Shown here in pieces: positions 10,346-20,733 of a stretch of DNA of 64,000 nucleotides (position 1 is its first letter; each line of letters starts with the position of its first letter). The notes under the pieces were generated by a model, which saw only the letters and a list, made by a program, of their open reading frames with translations, had not been told where the DNA came from and did no database searches. Source of the DNA: Nitrosopumilus sp. (GTDB taxonomy: Archaea; Thermoproteota; Nitrososphaeria; Nitrososphaerales; Nitrosopumilaceae); contig OZ242186.1 of the NCBI GenBank assembly GCA_965205675.1, forward strand, positions 256,001 to 320,000, in the 5' to 3' direction. The position numbers and the translations under genes were made by a program.

Positions 10346-12778
10346 TTGAAAAAAATACACTCTTTGTCATTCCTATTGTTACTTGTAGCCACATTAACCA
10401 GTATGCCAATTAACCCTGTTTTTGCTTATGACTTGGATGGTGATGATATTGATGATTCCATAGATGCATGTCCTAATTTACAAGAAGATTATGAAGGAAC
10501 CATTGATGGATGTCCATCAGACTTTGTTCCATGGTATGACGAAGATTATGATGGAATAGAAGATCATATTGATGCATGTCCAAATTTGAAAGAACATTAT
10601 AATAAATTCCAAGATGAGGACGGTTGCCCTGATACGCTTCCTGGAAGTGGAAGTGGAGGTGCATCTGATTCTGACGGTGATGGATTTATTGATTTAGTAG
10701 ACTTGTGTCCAAACCAACCAGAAACTTTCAATGGTGTTTTAGATAGAGACGGTTGCCCTGATTCTTATGGTTCTGGTGATAGAGATTTAGACGGTGTTTT
10801 AGATTTTACTGATGAATGTCCACTAAGTGCTGAAACTTATAATAAATTCCAAGATGAGGACGGTTGCCCTGATTCAGTTAACGATTCAAGTTTTGTAGAT
10901 TCTGATAATGATGGCATTCAAGACAAAATTGATTTGTGTATATCAGAACCAGAAACGTATAATGGTTACAGAGACACAGACGGTTGCCCTGATGTCGCAT
11001 TGGATTCTTCATTTAATGATAAAGACGGCGATGGAATAGCTGATCAATTTGATATTTGTCCTGAATATCCTGAAACTTTTAATCGTTTTGCAGATTATGA
11101 CGGTTGCCCTGATGCAGTTCCTTCATTTGATGGTACACTAAATGATACAGATGGTGATAGAATTGTGGATGCCGATGATTCTTGTCCATTAGATCCTGAA
11201 AGATATAACGGATTCCAAGATGCAGACGGCTGTCCTGATATCCCTCCTTATACTAGTGATAATGATTCAGATCTTGATGGAATTCTTAACAGTGTTGATC
11301 AATGTCCAACTGTAAAAGAAACTTACAATAAATTCCAAGATGCAGACGGCTGTCCAGACTTTGTAGGTTCTAACAAAGAAGTTCCAGATTCTGACGGTGA
11401 TGGAATTAATGACTTTTCAGATTTATGTCCAAACCAACCAGAAACTTTCAATGGTGTATTTGATAGAGACGGCTGTCCAGATAATGATACTAGTAGCGAT
11501 AGAGATTTAGATGGAATCCCAGACAGTTTGGATTCATGTCCTACCGCTAAAGAAAATTACAACAATATAGAAGATGACGACGGCTGTCCAGAAGGTAGTT
11601 CTGGATTACTAGGATTAGATTTTGATGGTGATGGAATTCCTGATTTGAATGACAAATGTCCTTTAGAGTCTGAAACTGTGAATGATTATCAAGATTTAGA
11701 CGGTTGTCCAGATGTTTCTGTATTAGATTCTGACGGTGATGGAATTCGTGATAGCTTAGATTTATGTCCTTCAGCTGAAGAAACATGGAATCGTTATCAA
11801 GATCATGATGGTTGCCCCGATAACACATCTGAACCTGATTCTGACTTTGATGGAATTTTAGATGGTATAGATCAATGCCCTCTTGATAGAGAAAGATACA
11901 ATGGCTTCCAAGATGAGGACGGTTGTCCTGATTATCCTGACTTTACTACTACTATAGACTCAGACTTTGATGGTATTGATGATGAATTTGATCAATGCCC
12001 ACTAGTTCCTGAAACTTATAATAAATTCCAAGATGAGGACGGCTGTCCTGATTATGTTGGAGATAACAAAGGAACTCCTGACACTGATAATGACGGAATT
12101 AATGATTATAATGATCATTGTCCAAATCAACCAGAAACCTATAATGATATTCTAGATTTAGACGGTTGTCCTGATGACTATATTCCAAAGAATGACCGAG
12201 ACGATGATGGAATTCCAGATGATATTGATGCATGTCCAAGTGCCAAAGAAACTTACAATAAATTCCAAGATGATGACGGCTGTCCTGACTATATAGCTGA
12301 TTCGTTTGTAGTAGATTCTGATAATGATGGAATTGATGATGTTTCTGATGATTGTCCATTAGTTGCTGAAAATTATAATGGCTTCCAAGATGAGGACGGT
12401 TGTCCTGATTCTGATAATATTCAGCCAGATTCTGACGGTGATGGTGTTCCAGATGTAATGGACGTGTGTCCAGAACAAAGTGAAGTTTGGAATAAATATG
12501 TAGATTATGACGGTTGTCCTGATACTATTCCAATTGGAAATGTTCTCATTGATAGTGATGGAGATGGCATAACTGACGAATCTGATCTCTGTCCACATGA
12601 AAAAGAGTCTTGGAACAAATACAATGATCGTGACGGCTGCCCTGATATTGTACCAGAACAATCAAGATACAAACATGATGCTGACTTAGATGATATTATT
12701 AATGAAAATGACATGTGTCCATTCGAACCTGAGGATTATGACGGTGACCGAGATCATGACGGCTGTCCTGACCAATAG
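10346..12778 (+). CDS. Secreted thrombospondin type-3 (Ca-binding) repeat protein, 20 units
   Basis: Signal peptide followed by about 20 copies of DxDxDGIxDxxDxCPxxxETYNxFQDxDGCPD. Confidence 0.9.
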   Translation: MKKIHSLSFLLLLVATLTSMPINPVFAYDLDGDDIDDSIDACPNLQEDYEGTIDGCPSDFVPWYDEDYDGIEDHIDACPNLKEHYNKFQDEDGCPDTLPGSGSGGASDSDGDGFIDLVDLCPNQPETFNGVLDRDGCPDSYGSGDRDLDGVLDFTDECPLSAETYNKFQDEDGCPDSVNDSSFVDSDNDGIQDKIDLCISEPETYNGYRDTDGCPDVALDSSFNDKDGDGIADQFDICPEYPETFNRFADYDGCPDAVPSFDGTLNDTDGDRIVDADDSCPLDPERYNGFQDADGCPDIPPYTSDNDSDLDGILNSVDQCPTVKETYNKFQDADGCPDFVGSNKEVPDSDGDGINDFSDLCPNQPETFNGVFDRDGCPDNDTSSDRDLDGIPDSLDSCPTAKENYNNIEDDDGCPEGSSGLLGLDFDGDGIPDLNDKCPLESETVNDYQDLDGCPDVSVLDSDGDGIRDSLDLCPSAEETWNRYQDHDGCPDNTSEPDSDFDGILDGIDQCPLDRERYNGFQDEDGCPDYPDFTTTIDSDFDGIDDEFDQCPLVPETYNKFQDEDGCPDYVGDNKGTPDTDNDGINDYNDHCPNQPETYNDILDLDGCPDDYIPKNDRDDDGIPDDIDACPSAKETYNKFQDDDGCPDYIADSFVVDSDNDGIDDVSDDCPLVAENYNGFQDEDGCPDSDNIQPDSDGDGVPDVMDVCPEQSEVWNKYVDYDGCPDTIPIGNVLIDSDGDGITDESDLCPHEKESWNKYNDRDGCPDIVPEQSRYKHDADLDDIINENDMCPFEPEDYDGDRDHDGCPDQ

Positions 12779-12789
12779 GAGATCTTAGA

Positions 12790-14958
12790 ATGAAAAAACA
12801 ATATCTTTTAGGATTTTTGCTTTTATTAACTTCTACTATTGGTATGATGCCAAACAGCATTTATGCTAATAATGAAATTGATACTGACGGTGATGGAGTT
12901 CCAAACAACTTGGATTTATGTCCTCATCTTCTAGAGGATTATGATCCACAATATGGTGATAATATTGACGGTTGTCCAGCAGATTTTGTTCCATGGTATG
13001 ATGCTGATTATGATGGAATACAAGACCATCTTGATCATTGTCCAACTGTAAAAGAAACTTACAATAAATTCCAAGATGAGGACGGTTGTCCTGATTTGTC
13101 ATCGGTTGACTCTAAAGGCACTGCAGATACTGACGGTGACGGCTATCCTGATTTCATGGATTTATGTCCAACTCAACCTGAAACATTTAATGGATTCTTA
13201 GATACAGACGGCTGCCCTGACAAACAATCTTCTACTTTAGATACTGACGGTGATGGCATTCCCGACATCTCTGATACTTGCCCACTAGAACCTGAAACTT
13301 ATAACAAATACCTTGATTCAGACGGCTGCCCTGATACATCTGATTCCCTTGATACACGATATCAATTCCCTGACACTGACGGAGATGGTGTTGAAGATAG
13401 ATGGGATTCATGTATTGATGAGCCAGAAAACTATAATGATTATCTAGATCATGACGGCTGCCCTGATATGCCTGGAGTTACTTCTCAAGAAGCACCTGAT
13501 GCTGATTATGATGGAATTCTTGATGATGTAGATGAATGTCCATTAGATCGTGAAAATTACAATAAATTCCAGGACAGTGATGGTTGTCCAGATGTATTAC
13601 AATTACAAATAACTGGCGATGTTGACGGTGATGGAATTTTAGACCGAAATGATTCTTGTCCATTTAGTCCTGAAACTTATAATCAATTTGAAGACACAGA
13701 CGGCTGCCCTGATCATATAGCTGATAACAAATTTGTATTTGACACTGATGGTGATGGAATAATTGACAACGTAGATCATTGCCCAACTCAACCTGAAACC
13801 TACAATGGAATGCAAGACACAGACGGCTGCCCTGATAATGACTTTACATCTGATCAAGACTTTGATGGTATCTTCGATTTTGCAGATGATTGTCCAACTG
13901 TAAAAGAAACTTACAACAAATATTTAGATCATGACGGCTGCCCTGATAATATTAATATTTTAGATTCAGTTTATCAATTCCCTGACACTGATGGTGATGG
14001 AATTGATGATAGATGGGATTCATGTATTGATGAGCCAGAAAACTATAATGATTATCTAGATCATGACGGCTGCCCTGATACACCTGGAACTACTATTGGC
14101 GATATACTTGATGCTGACTATGATGGCCTGGCAGATCATTTAGATGCTTGTCCTACATTAGCTGAAAGACACAATGGCTTCCAAGATGATGACGGCTGTC
14201 CTGACAGTATTGATTATCAAACAATTGGTGATGCTGATTATGATGGAATACAAGACCATCTTGATCAATGTCCAACTGTAAAAGAAATTTACAATCAATT
14301 CCAGGATTCAGACGGCTGTCCTGATCATGTAGATAATGACACATTTACTGCAGATACTGACGGTGACGGCATTTCAGATGTTATTGATCATTGTCCAACT
14401 CAACCTGAAACATTTAATGGATTCTTAGATACAGACGGCTGCCCTGACAAACAATCTTCTACTTTAGATACTGACGGTGATGGCATTCCCGACATCTCTG
14501 ATACTTGCCCACTAGAACCTGAAACTTATAACAAATACCTTGATTCAGACGGCTGCCCTGATACATCTGATTCCCTTGATACACGATATCAATTCCCTGA
14601 CACTGACGGAGATGGTGTTGAAGATAGATGGGATTCATGTATTGATGAGCCAGAAAACTATAATGATTATCTAGATCATGACGGCTGCCCTGATGTATTG
14701 GCAGCAGAATCAACTATCCCTGTTTCTATAGATTCTGACGGTGATGGATATGCTGATGCTACTGATTCATGTCCAACAAACCCTGAAACTTGGAACAAAT
14801 ACAACGATCATGATGGATGTCCTGATACTGCCCCAGAACAACAGCGATTTGCCCATGATGATGATCTAGATAACATTATCAACGATGACGATCTGTGTCC
14901 TCTTGATGCTGAGGATTATGATGGTGACCGTGATTCAGATGGTTGTCCAGATCCATAA
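12790..14958 (+). CDS. Secreted thrombospondin type-3 repeat protein, 17 units
   Basis: Signal peptide plus 17 DGCP-ending units. Confidence 0.9.
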   Translation: MKKQYLLGFLLLLTSTIGMMPNSIYANNEIDTDGDGVPNNLDLCPHLLEDYDPQYGDNIDGCPADFVPWYDADYDGIQDHLDHCPTVKETYNKFQDEDGCPDLSSVDSKGTADTDGDGYPDFMDLCPTQPETFNGFLDTDGCPDKQSSTLDTDGDGIPDISDTCPLEPETYNKYLDSDGCPDTSDSLDTRYQFPDTDGDGVEDRWDSCIDEPENYNDYLDHDGCPDMPGVTSQEAPDADYDGILDDVDECPLDRENYNKFQDSDGCPDVLQLQITGDVDGDGILDRNDSCPFSPETYNQFEDTDGCPDHIADNKFVFDTDGDGIIDNVDHCPTQPETYNGMQDTDGCPDNDFTSDQDFDGIFDFADDCPTVKETYNKYLDHDGCPDNINILDSVYQFPDTDGDGIDDRWDSCIDEPENYNDYLDHDGCPDTPGTTIGDILDADYDGLADHLDACPTLAERHNGFQDDDGCPDSIDYQTIGDADYDGIQDHLDQCPTVKEIYNQFQDSDGCPDHVDNDTFTADTDGDGISDVIDHCPTQPETFNGFLDTDGCPDKQSSTLDTDGDGIPDISDTCPLEPETYNKYLDSDGCPDTSDSLDTRYQFPDTDGDGVEDRWDSCIDEPENYNDYLDHDGCPDVLAAESTIPVSIDSDGDGYADATDSCPTNPETWNKYNDHDGCPDTAPEQQRFAHDDDLDNIINDDDLCPLDAEDYDGDRDSDGCPDP
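13165..14694 (+). repeat. Exact 303-bp intragenic duplication (13165-13467 = 14392-14694)
   Basis: Identical 101-codon block CPTQPETFNGFLDTDGCPDKQ...DHDGCPD, offset 1227 bp. Confidence 0.88.
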
Positions 14959-15040
14959 TCTTCCTGATTCCCATTCTTTAAAAGAATCTATTTAACGTGA
15001 GACTTAATAAATACTTGATAATAGCGGTGTCAGAGAAAGA

Positions 15041-17212
15041 ATGAAAAAACAATATCTTTTAGGATTTTTGCTTTTATTAACTTCTACTATTGGTATGATG
15101 CCAAACAGCATTTATGCTAATAATGAAATTGATACTGACGGTGATGGAGTTCCAAACAACTTGGATTTATGTCCTCATCTTCTAGAGGATTATGATCCAC
15201 AATATGGTGATAATATTGACGGTTGTCCAGCAGATTTTGTTCCATGGTATGATGCTGATTATGATGGAATACAAGACCATCTTGATCATTGTCCAACTGT
15301 AAAAGAAACTTACAATAAATTCCAAGATGAGGACGGTTGTCCTGATTTGTCATCGGTTGACTCTAAAGGCACTGCAGATACTGACGGTGACGGCTATCCT
15401 GATTTCATGGATTTATGTCCAACTCAACCTGAAACATTTAATGGTATTGATGATAAAAACGGCTGCCCAGATGATGCTTTAACTCTAAAGGATACTGATC
15501 AAGACGGAATTTCTGATTCATTTGATATTTGTCCATTAGAATCTGAAACTTATAATTTCTATCAAGATGAAGACGGCTGTCCTGATACTGTTGATACAGT
15601 AAATCCTACATACACGTTTCCAGATACTGACGGAGATGGTGTTGATGATAGATGGGATCAATGTATTAATGAACCTGAAAATTATAATGGCTTTTTAGAC
15701 TGGGATGGCTGTATCGATGTTCCTGGTTCATTTTCTGAAGGACTAATTGATTCAGATTATGATAGTATTCTTGATTCAGTAGATGTATGTCCATTAGAAC
15801 GTGAAAATTTTAATAAATTCCAAGATGAGGATGGATGTCCTGATGAATTAGAATTTTTAACTACCGGTGATTTTGACGGTGACGGCATTCCAGATCAACT
15901 TGATTTGTGTCCTCATTCTAAAGAATCTTGGAATAAATTCCAAGATACAGACGGCTGTCCGGATTTAGTTGCAGATGATTCATTTACTTATGATTCTGAC
16001 GGTGATGGAATTGTTGATAATTTAGATTTATGTCCAAATCAACCAGAAAGTTATAATAATTTCTTAGATACAGACGGCTGCCCTGATAATGATGACTCTG
16101 TTCTTGACACTGACATGGATGGAATATTGAACATATTTGATGGATGTCCGTCAAAACCTGAAACTTATAACTTTTTCAAAGATGGTGATGGCTGCCCTGA
16201 TTCATCAAGTTCTATAGTTTCTTCTTACATATTCCCTGATGCCGATGAAGATGGAATTGATGATAGATGGGATCAATGTATTGATGAACCAGAAAACTAT
16301 AATAATTTCTTAGACACAGACGGCTGCCCTGACATTCCAGGATTTTCCAAATCTGCATTACCTGATTCAGATTATGATAGAATTCCAGATGAGTTTGATG
16401 CATGTCCAACTCTTGGTGAGAGGTATAATCAATTCCAAGATGAAGACGGCTGCCCAGATACTGTAGCATACGACTCATTTGGAGATGCTGATTTTGATGG
16501 AGTAACTGACAATGTTGATGATTGTCCTACTGTTAGAGAAACTTACAATAGATTCCAAGATGAAGACGGCTGCCCAGATCTAATCTCTGATAACAGATTA
16601 GTCATTGATTCAGATGGAGATGGAATACTTGATATTCATGATTTATGTCCTGCACAACCTGAAACATTTAACCAATTCAAAGACGGTGACGGCTGCCCAG
16701 ACAAGTTCACACTTACACTTGATTCAGACATGGATGGTATAGTAGATGTTTCTGATATTTGCCCTCTAGAGCCTGAAACTCACAATTTTTATCAAGATGA
16801 AGACGGCTGCCCAGACTCGATTGATACTGTTATCCCATCATACATCTTTACAGATACTGATGGTGACGGAATTGATGATAGAAAAGATGCCTGTCTTACA
16901 GAACAAGAGAATTTTAATGGATATCTAGACTGGGATGGCTGCCCTGATGTATTGGCAGCAGAATCAACAGCTCCTACAAGAGTTGATTCTGACGGTGATG
17001 GATATTATGATGGAATTGATTCATGTCCAACAAACCCTGAAACTTGGAACAAATACAACGATCATGATGGATGTCCTGATACTGCCCCAGAACAACAGCG
17101 ATTTGCCCATGATGATGATCTAGATAACATTATCAACGATGACGATTTGTGCCCTCTTGATGCTGAGGATTATGATGGTGACCGTGATTCAGATGGCTGT
17201 CCAGATAACTAA
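15041..17212 (+). CDS. Secreted thrombospondin type-3 repeat protein, 17 units (paralogue of 12790-14958)
   Basis: First 404 bp identical to 12790-13193; last ~180 bp nearly identical; middle diverged. Confidence 0.9.
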   Translation: MKKQYLLGFLLLLTSTIGMMPNSIYANNEIDTDGDGVPNNLDLCPHLLEDYDPQYGDNIDGCPADFVPWYDADYDGIQDHLDHCPTVKETYNKFQDEDGCPDLSSVDSKGTADTDGDGYPDFMDLCPTQPETFNGIDDKNGCPDDALTLKDTDQDGISDSFDICPLESETYNFYQDEDGCPDTVDTVNPTYTFPDTDGDGVDDRWDQCINEPENYNGFLDWDGCIDVPGSFSEGLIDSDYDSILDSVDVCPLERENFNKFQDEDGCPDELEFLTTGDFDGDGIPDQLDLCPHSKESWNKFQDTDGCPDLVADDSFTYDSDGDGIVDNLDLCPNQPESYNNFLDTDGCPDNDDSVLDTDMDGILNIFDGCPSKPETYNFFKDGDGCPDSSSSIVSSYIFPDADEDGIDDRWDQCIDEPENYNNFLDTDGCPDIPGFSKSALPDSDYDRIPDEFDACPTLGERYNQFQDEDGCPDTVAYDSFGDADFDGVTDNVDDCPTVRETYNRFQDEDGCPDLISDNRLVIDSDGDGILDIHDLCPAQPETFNQFKDGDGCPDKFTLTLDSDMDGIVDVSDICPLEPETHNFYQDEDGCPDSIDTVIPSYIFTDTDGDGIDDRKDACLTEQENFNGYLDWDGCPDVLAAESTAPTRVDSDGDGYYDGIDSCPTNPETWNKYNDHDGCPDTAPEQQRFAHDDDLDNIINDDDLCPLDAEDYDGDRDSDGCPDN

Positions 17213-17272
17213 TAGGGTCCCCCCTCTACTATCTTTGAAATACTAGATATATTGAATTTGTAAAATTTCAAT

Positions 17273-18235
17273 ATGCTTCCAAAATTCTCCGGTCCTGCAT
17301 TTTTGGCTCCTATGGCAGGTGTAAGCGATCCTGCCCTTCGTTTACAATGTAAAAAAATGGGAGCTGGATTAGTTGTTACAGAATTTACAAATATTCATAG
17401 TATTATTGCAAAAGAAAATCAACTCAAAGAAAGAATGAAAACTATTCAAGATTTTCTTGAATACTCTGATGAAGAACGTCCTCTCTCAGTACAGCTATTT
17501 GGTTCTGATCTTTTAGCATTAGAAAAAGCAGCAAAGATTGTAGAACCTTATTTTGATATAATTGATTATAACATGGGTTGTCCTGCACCTCACATTACAC
17601 AACAGATGGCTGGAGGTGCCCTCTTACAAGAGGTTAATTTAACACAACAAATTTTTAGTACTCTTACTAATGCTGTGAAAAAACCTGTGACCCTAAAAAT
17701 CCGCTCAGGAGTTACAGATGCTAGTAAATTTCTCTTTCGAAAAATTGCAGAAATTGCAGAAGATGAAGGCATTGAAATGATTACTTTTCATCCAAGAACT
17801 GTTAGCCAAGGCTATTCTGGAATTGCTGATTGGGATTTAATTAAAGAATTAAAAGAAAATTCTAACATTCCAATTGTTGGAAATGGTGATATCACAACAC
17901 CTGAAGATGCTAAAACAATGTTTGATAATACTAATTGTGATTATGTAATGATTGGTAGAGGTGCAATGGGCAATCCATTCATCTTTGAGCAAATCAATGA
18001 TTTTCTAAAAACCAATTCTTATCAAGAATATACATTCAAAGACAGACTGGATTCTTTTTTTGATTATTTACATCTCACAACCAAATACAAAATAAAATTT
18101 GCAAATATCAAGGGACAAGCTATGAGATTCACAAAAGGTGTGAAAGGTGGTTCAAAACTTCGTTCCAAAATCACTTTCTCCAAAAACATTGAAGAACTAG
18201 AAAAAATAATGAACAATGCATATGCCTCACCTTAA
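17273..18235 (+). CDS. dus: tRNA-dihydrouridine synthase (DusB-like)
   Basis: LAPMAGVSD, QLFGSD, NMGCP, GNGDI, VMIGRGAMGNP motifs. Confidence 0.93.
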   Translation: MLPKFSGPAFLAPMAGVSDPALRLQCKKMGAGLVVTEFTNIHSIIAKENQLKERMKTIQDFLEYSDEERPLSVQLFGSDLLALEKAAKIVEPYFDIIDYNMGCPAPHITQQMAGGALLQEVNLTQQIFSTLTNAVKKPVTLKIRSGVTDASKFLFRKIAEIAEDEGIEMITFHPRTVSQGYSGIADWDLIKELKENSNIPIVGNGDITTPEDAKTMFDNTNCDYVMIGRGAMGNPFIFEQINDFLKTNSYQEYTFKDRLDSFFDYLHLTTKYKIKFANIKGQAMRFTKGVKGGSKLRSKITFSKNIEELEKIMNNAYASP

Positions 18236-18375
18236 GAATTTAATAAATTCTTTCAAATTACTTTATATTTGTTTATAATATCACTGAATTTCATGTTAAA
18301 TTTTTAAGCGAATTAAACTATTCTTATATATTTCAAGGGTGCATTTTAAACATGAAAATAGGAGTAAAATCATAA

Positions 18376-18615
18376 TTGGCAGCAGCTTATGTTCTCATAA
18401 ACTGTGAATTAGGTTCTGAAGAAGCAGTAATTTCAGAATTAAAATCAATTGAAGGTGTTGTTGAAGTACATGGTACCTTTGGTGCATATGATATCTTGGC
18501 CAAGGTAGAATCTAGTCAAGTTGAAACGCTACGTGAAACCATAACTTGGAAGATCAGAAAAATCCCTAAAATTAGATCAACGTTAACGTTGATGGGTATT
18601 GATGGGCAACAATGA
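18376..18615 (+). CDS. Stand-alone Lrp/AsnC ligand-binding-domain protein
   Basis: AYVLINCELG...GAYDILAKVE...IRSTLTL. Confidence 0.88.
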   Translation: MAAAYVLINCELGSEEAVISELKSIEGVVEVHGTFGAYDILAKVESSQVETLRETITWKIRKIPKIRSTLTLMGIDGQQ

Positions 18616-18778
18616 TACATCAAAATCCCTTGCTTTTATACTTAAATTGCAATATCTAATTATCCCTTCAAACAAACATGTCCCCCAAAGGGATAACGTC
18701 CTGAGAGGAAGTAGTAAGCCTCTCAGCAGTTAAATTTTGATTGATTATGATATGTGTTATTTCAGTAAAAGAAAATAA

Positions 18779-19126
18779 TTAGAGGGCTTCAGAACCACTC
18801 TTTTTAGATGCGATATTCAAAACGCTTTCTACATCAGATACAACAATAATCCCATCTCCACCTTTTCCAGTATAAGATGCATCAGCAATTGCTGTTGAAA
18901 CTTTTTCCACATCTGCGTCATCAACAATTGTACTAACAGTTGCAACTTTATTGTATTCTGCAGTTACAGTGCCAGTACCTCTGCCTGATCTAATTTCTTG
19001 TCTTACTCCAGAACCTCTGCCATTACCTTCTAAAATGGTAAATCCGCCAACAATATCGTTTATTGCATCAGATACAGCACCTATTTTATTGCCTTGAATC
19101 GTTGCTTCAATTCGTTTCATTTGCAT
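18779..19126 (-). CDS. P-II family nitrogen regulatory protein
   Basis: MKRIEATI, GRG T-loop, TGKGGDGIIVV motifs. Confidence 0.88.
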   Translation of the reverse strand: MQMKRIEATIQGNKIGAVSDAINDIVGGFTILEGNGRGSGVRQEIRSGRGTGTVTAEYNKVATVSTIVDDADVEKVSTAIADASYTGKGGDGIIVVSDVESVLNIASKKSGSEAL

Positions 19127-19225
19127 TTATTTTTAGGTATTATTTAAAAAAGATCATATGTTTTTATTCAAATTTTATGATACTATTACATCAATTGGTT
19201 ATATCATTATCCTCTGAGCTTTTTA

Positions 19226-19423
19226 GTGTTAAAGAAAAATAAAATTATGAAAAATGATGAAAGACGATCTCATAGACTAAACTATCTTTTAAAATGTTAT
19301 TTGATAAATCCTAAAGAAAATGATCTATATCAAAGAGCCAAACAAATGGGAGTTACTGATTCTACTGCCAAAGATTACATTCGAACTGTCATAATACAAG
19401 CGCAAAAGATCTATGCAAAGTAG
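19226..19423 (+). CDS. Small hypothetical protein
   Basis: Short ORF with HTH-like C-terminus (QMGVTDSTAKDYI). Confidence 0.55.
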   Translation: MLKKNKIMKNDERRSHRLNYLLKCYLINPKENDLYQRAKQMGVTDSTAKDYIRTVIIQAQKIYAK

Positions 19424-19469
19424 CTTTTTAACATATATTCATAAATAATGAATTAAAAAGAAAATACAC

Positions 19470-20156
19470 ATGACAGATTCATTATTGGATGATGTAAAGG
19501 CTCTTTTGGATAAGGATTTTGGGGATGATAGAATTCTAAAACAAATTTTTAGAGCATGTGAAAATAATGAACTAATCAGTAATTATGAAAGAAATTATGT
19601 TACAAAACTAGCTGAAAAACACCTAGGTAAAAAACCTGCATTTATCCTCACTAGTGAAGAAAAACCTGTAATTCCTGATGTACTTTTACCTAAAGTTTCA
19701 TCTATTCAACAACAATCACTTCAAACACCACCACAGATATCATATTCTAAACCAAAAAAGAAAAAAATCATGTTTGGTATTGGTGGTCTAGCTTTAGTAA
19801 TAATTATTGCAGCTACGGCCTCCATTGGTGGTTTTATTGACGGTCCTGCTAAAACCATTCCTCCAATAAACACTACGCCTGTCTTATTTTCTATTCAAAC
19901 TGATTTAAAATCATATGAGAACAAGGATTTAATTTCAATTAGTGGAATATCTGACACTAGTGGCACTGTAACGCTTTCAATTGAAAATCAAAATAATGAA
20001 CTTGTATGGACTGAAAAAATCTCATTGAAAAATAATGGAGAATTTTCAACTTTAGCTATTGCAGGAGGTCCTGGATGGGAAAACTCTGGTACCTATACTG
20101 TTAAAGTAGATAATGGCAAAGAAACAACATCTGACACATTTTCATTTACTGTATAA
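19470..20156 (+). CDS. Membrane-anchored hypothetical protein with beta-rich extracellular C-terminus
   Basis: One central hydrophobic helix followed by an Ig-like beta region (GTYTVKV). Confidence 0.7.
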   Translation: MTDSLLDDVKALLDKDFGDDRILKQIFRACENNELISNYERNYVTKLAEKHLGKKPAFILTSEEKPVIPDVLLPKVSSIQQQSLQTPPQISYSKPKKKKIMFGIGGLALVIIIAATASIGGFIDGPAKTIPPINTTPVLFSIQTDLKSYENKDLISISGISDTSGTVTLSIENQNNELVWTEKISLKNNGEFSTLAIAGGPGWENSGTYTVKVDNGKETTSDTFSFTV

Positions 20157-20280
20157 TATTTTCAAATTCTTTCCAGTGTGAGTCTATCAAATCTCGTAAT
20201 TTTTCTATACTAATTTCATTCATGTATTCACGATATACAATGAACTTGTTTTGTTTACTTGCATCATCACTGTAAATATC

Positions 20281-20679
20281 TGAGACTTGGGCATAATTAT
20301 TTACAAAAATAATTCTCAGGGATTTCCTAACAGTAAAGCATTCTCTTCACAAATCGGATATTCTCTGCCCCAATTATACAGTTGTAATACACTGTCAACT
20401 GATACACAAGAACACAAACCAACACAAATGATTTGACATTGTATAATTCTCTTACTGGCATCACCCTACGGTTCCTGCCAGATCTGAATACTTTCTCATA
20501 CAAAGACAACATTCCCACCAAATGTAACACGATAAGAAATGATTCCGACAGAATCTCGCCTAGGAATTTTCATTTGTTTTGACATTCCAATGAACAAAAC
20601 ATGATAAGATCCTTAGCTTTTCCATTTGAATAATTTGAGAATTGACTCAAAAATTAGAATTAATTATGCCCAAGTCTCA
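20281..20679 (-). mobile_element. MITE / internal-deletion derivative of the IS at 42140-46550
   Basis: TIRs tgagacttgggcataat / attatgcccaagtctca; keeps transposase 5' part (HLVGMLSLYE) fused to 3' part (NVKSFVLVCVLVYQL). Confidence 0.9.
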
Positions 20680-20733
20680 ACTAAATGATGAGCAAGGTTG
20701 TAAACTTTAGTAAAGTTCTATGATTTTTCTGAT

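Noticed and set aside
10473-17123. His/Gln-rich short ORFs on the opposite strand or in alternative frames
   Set aside because: Shadows of the Asp-rich repeat genes.
10430-17212. Regularly spaced gacggYtgYccWga DNA repeats resembling a CRISPR array or DGR template/variable repeats
   Set aside because: They are the DGCPD codons of TSP3 repeats in open frames, varying at third positions; no cas or reverse transcriptase gene and no adenine-specific mismatch pattern seen.
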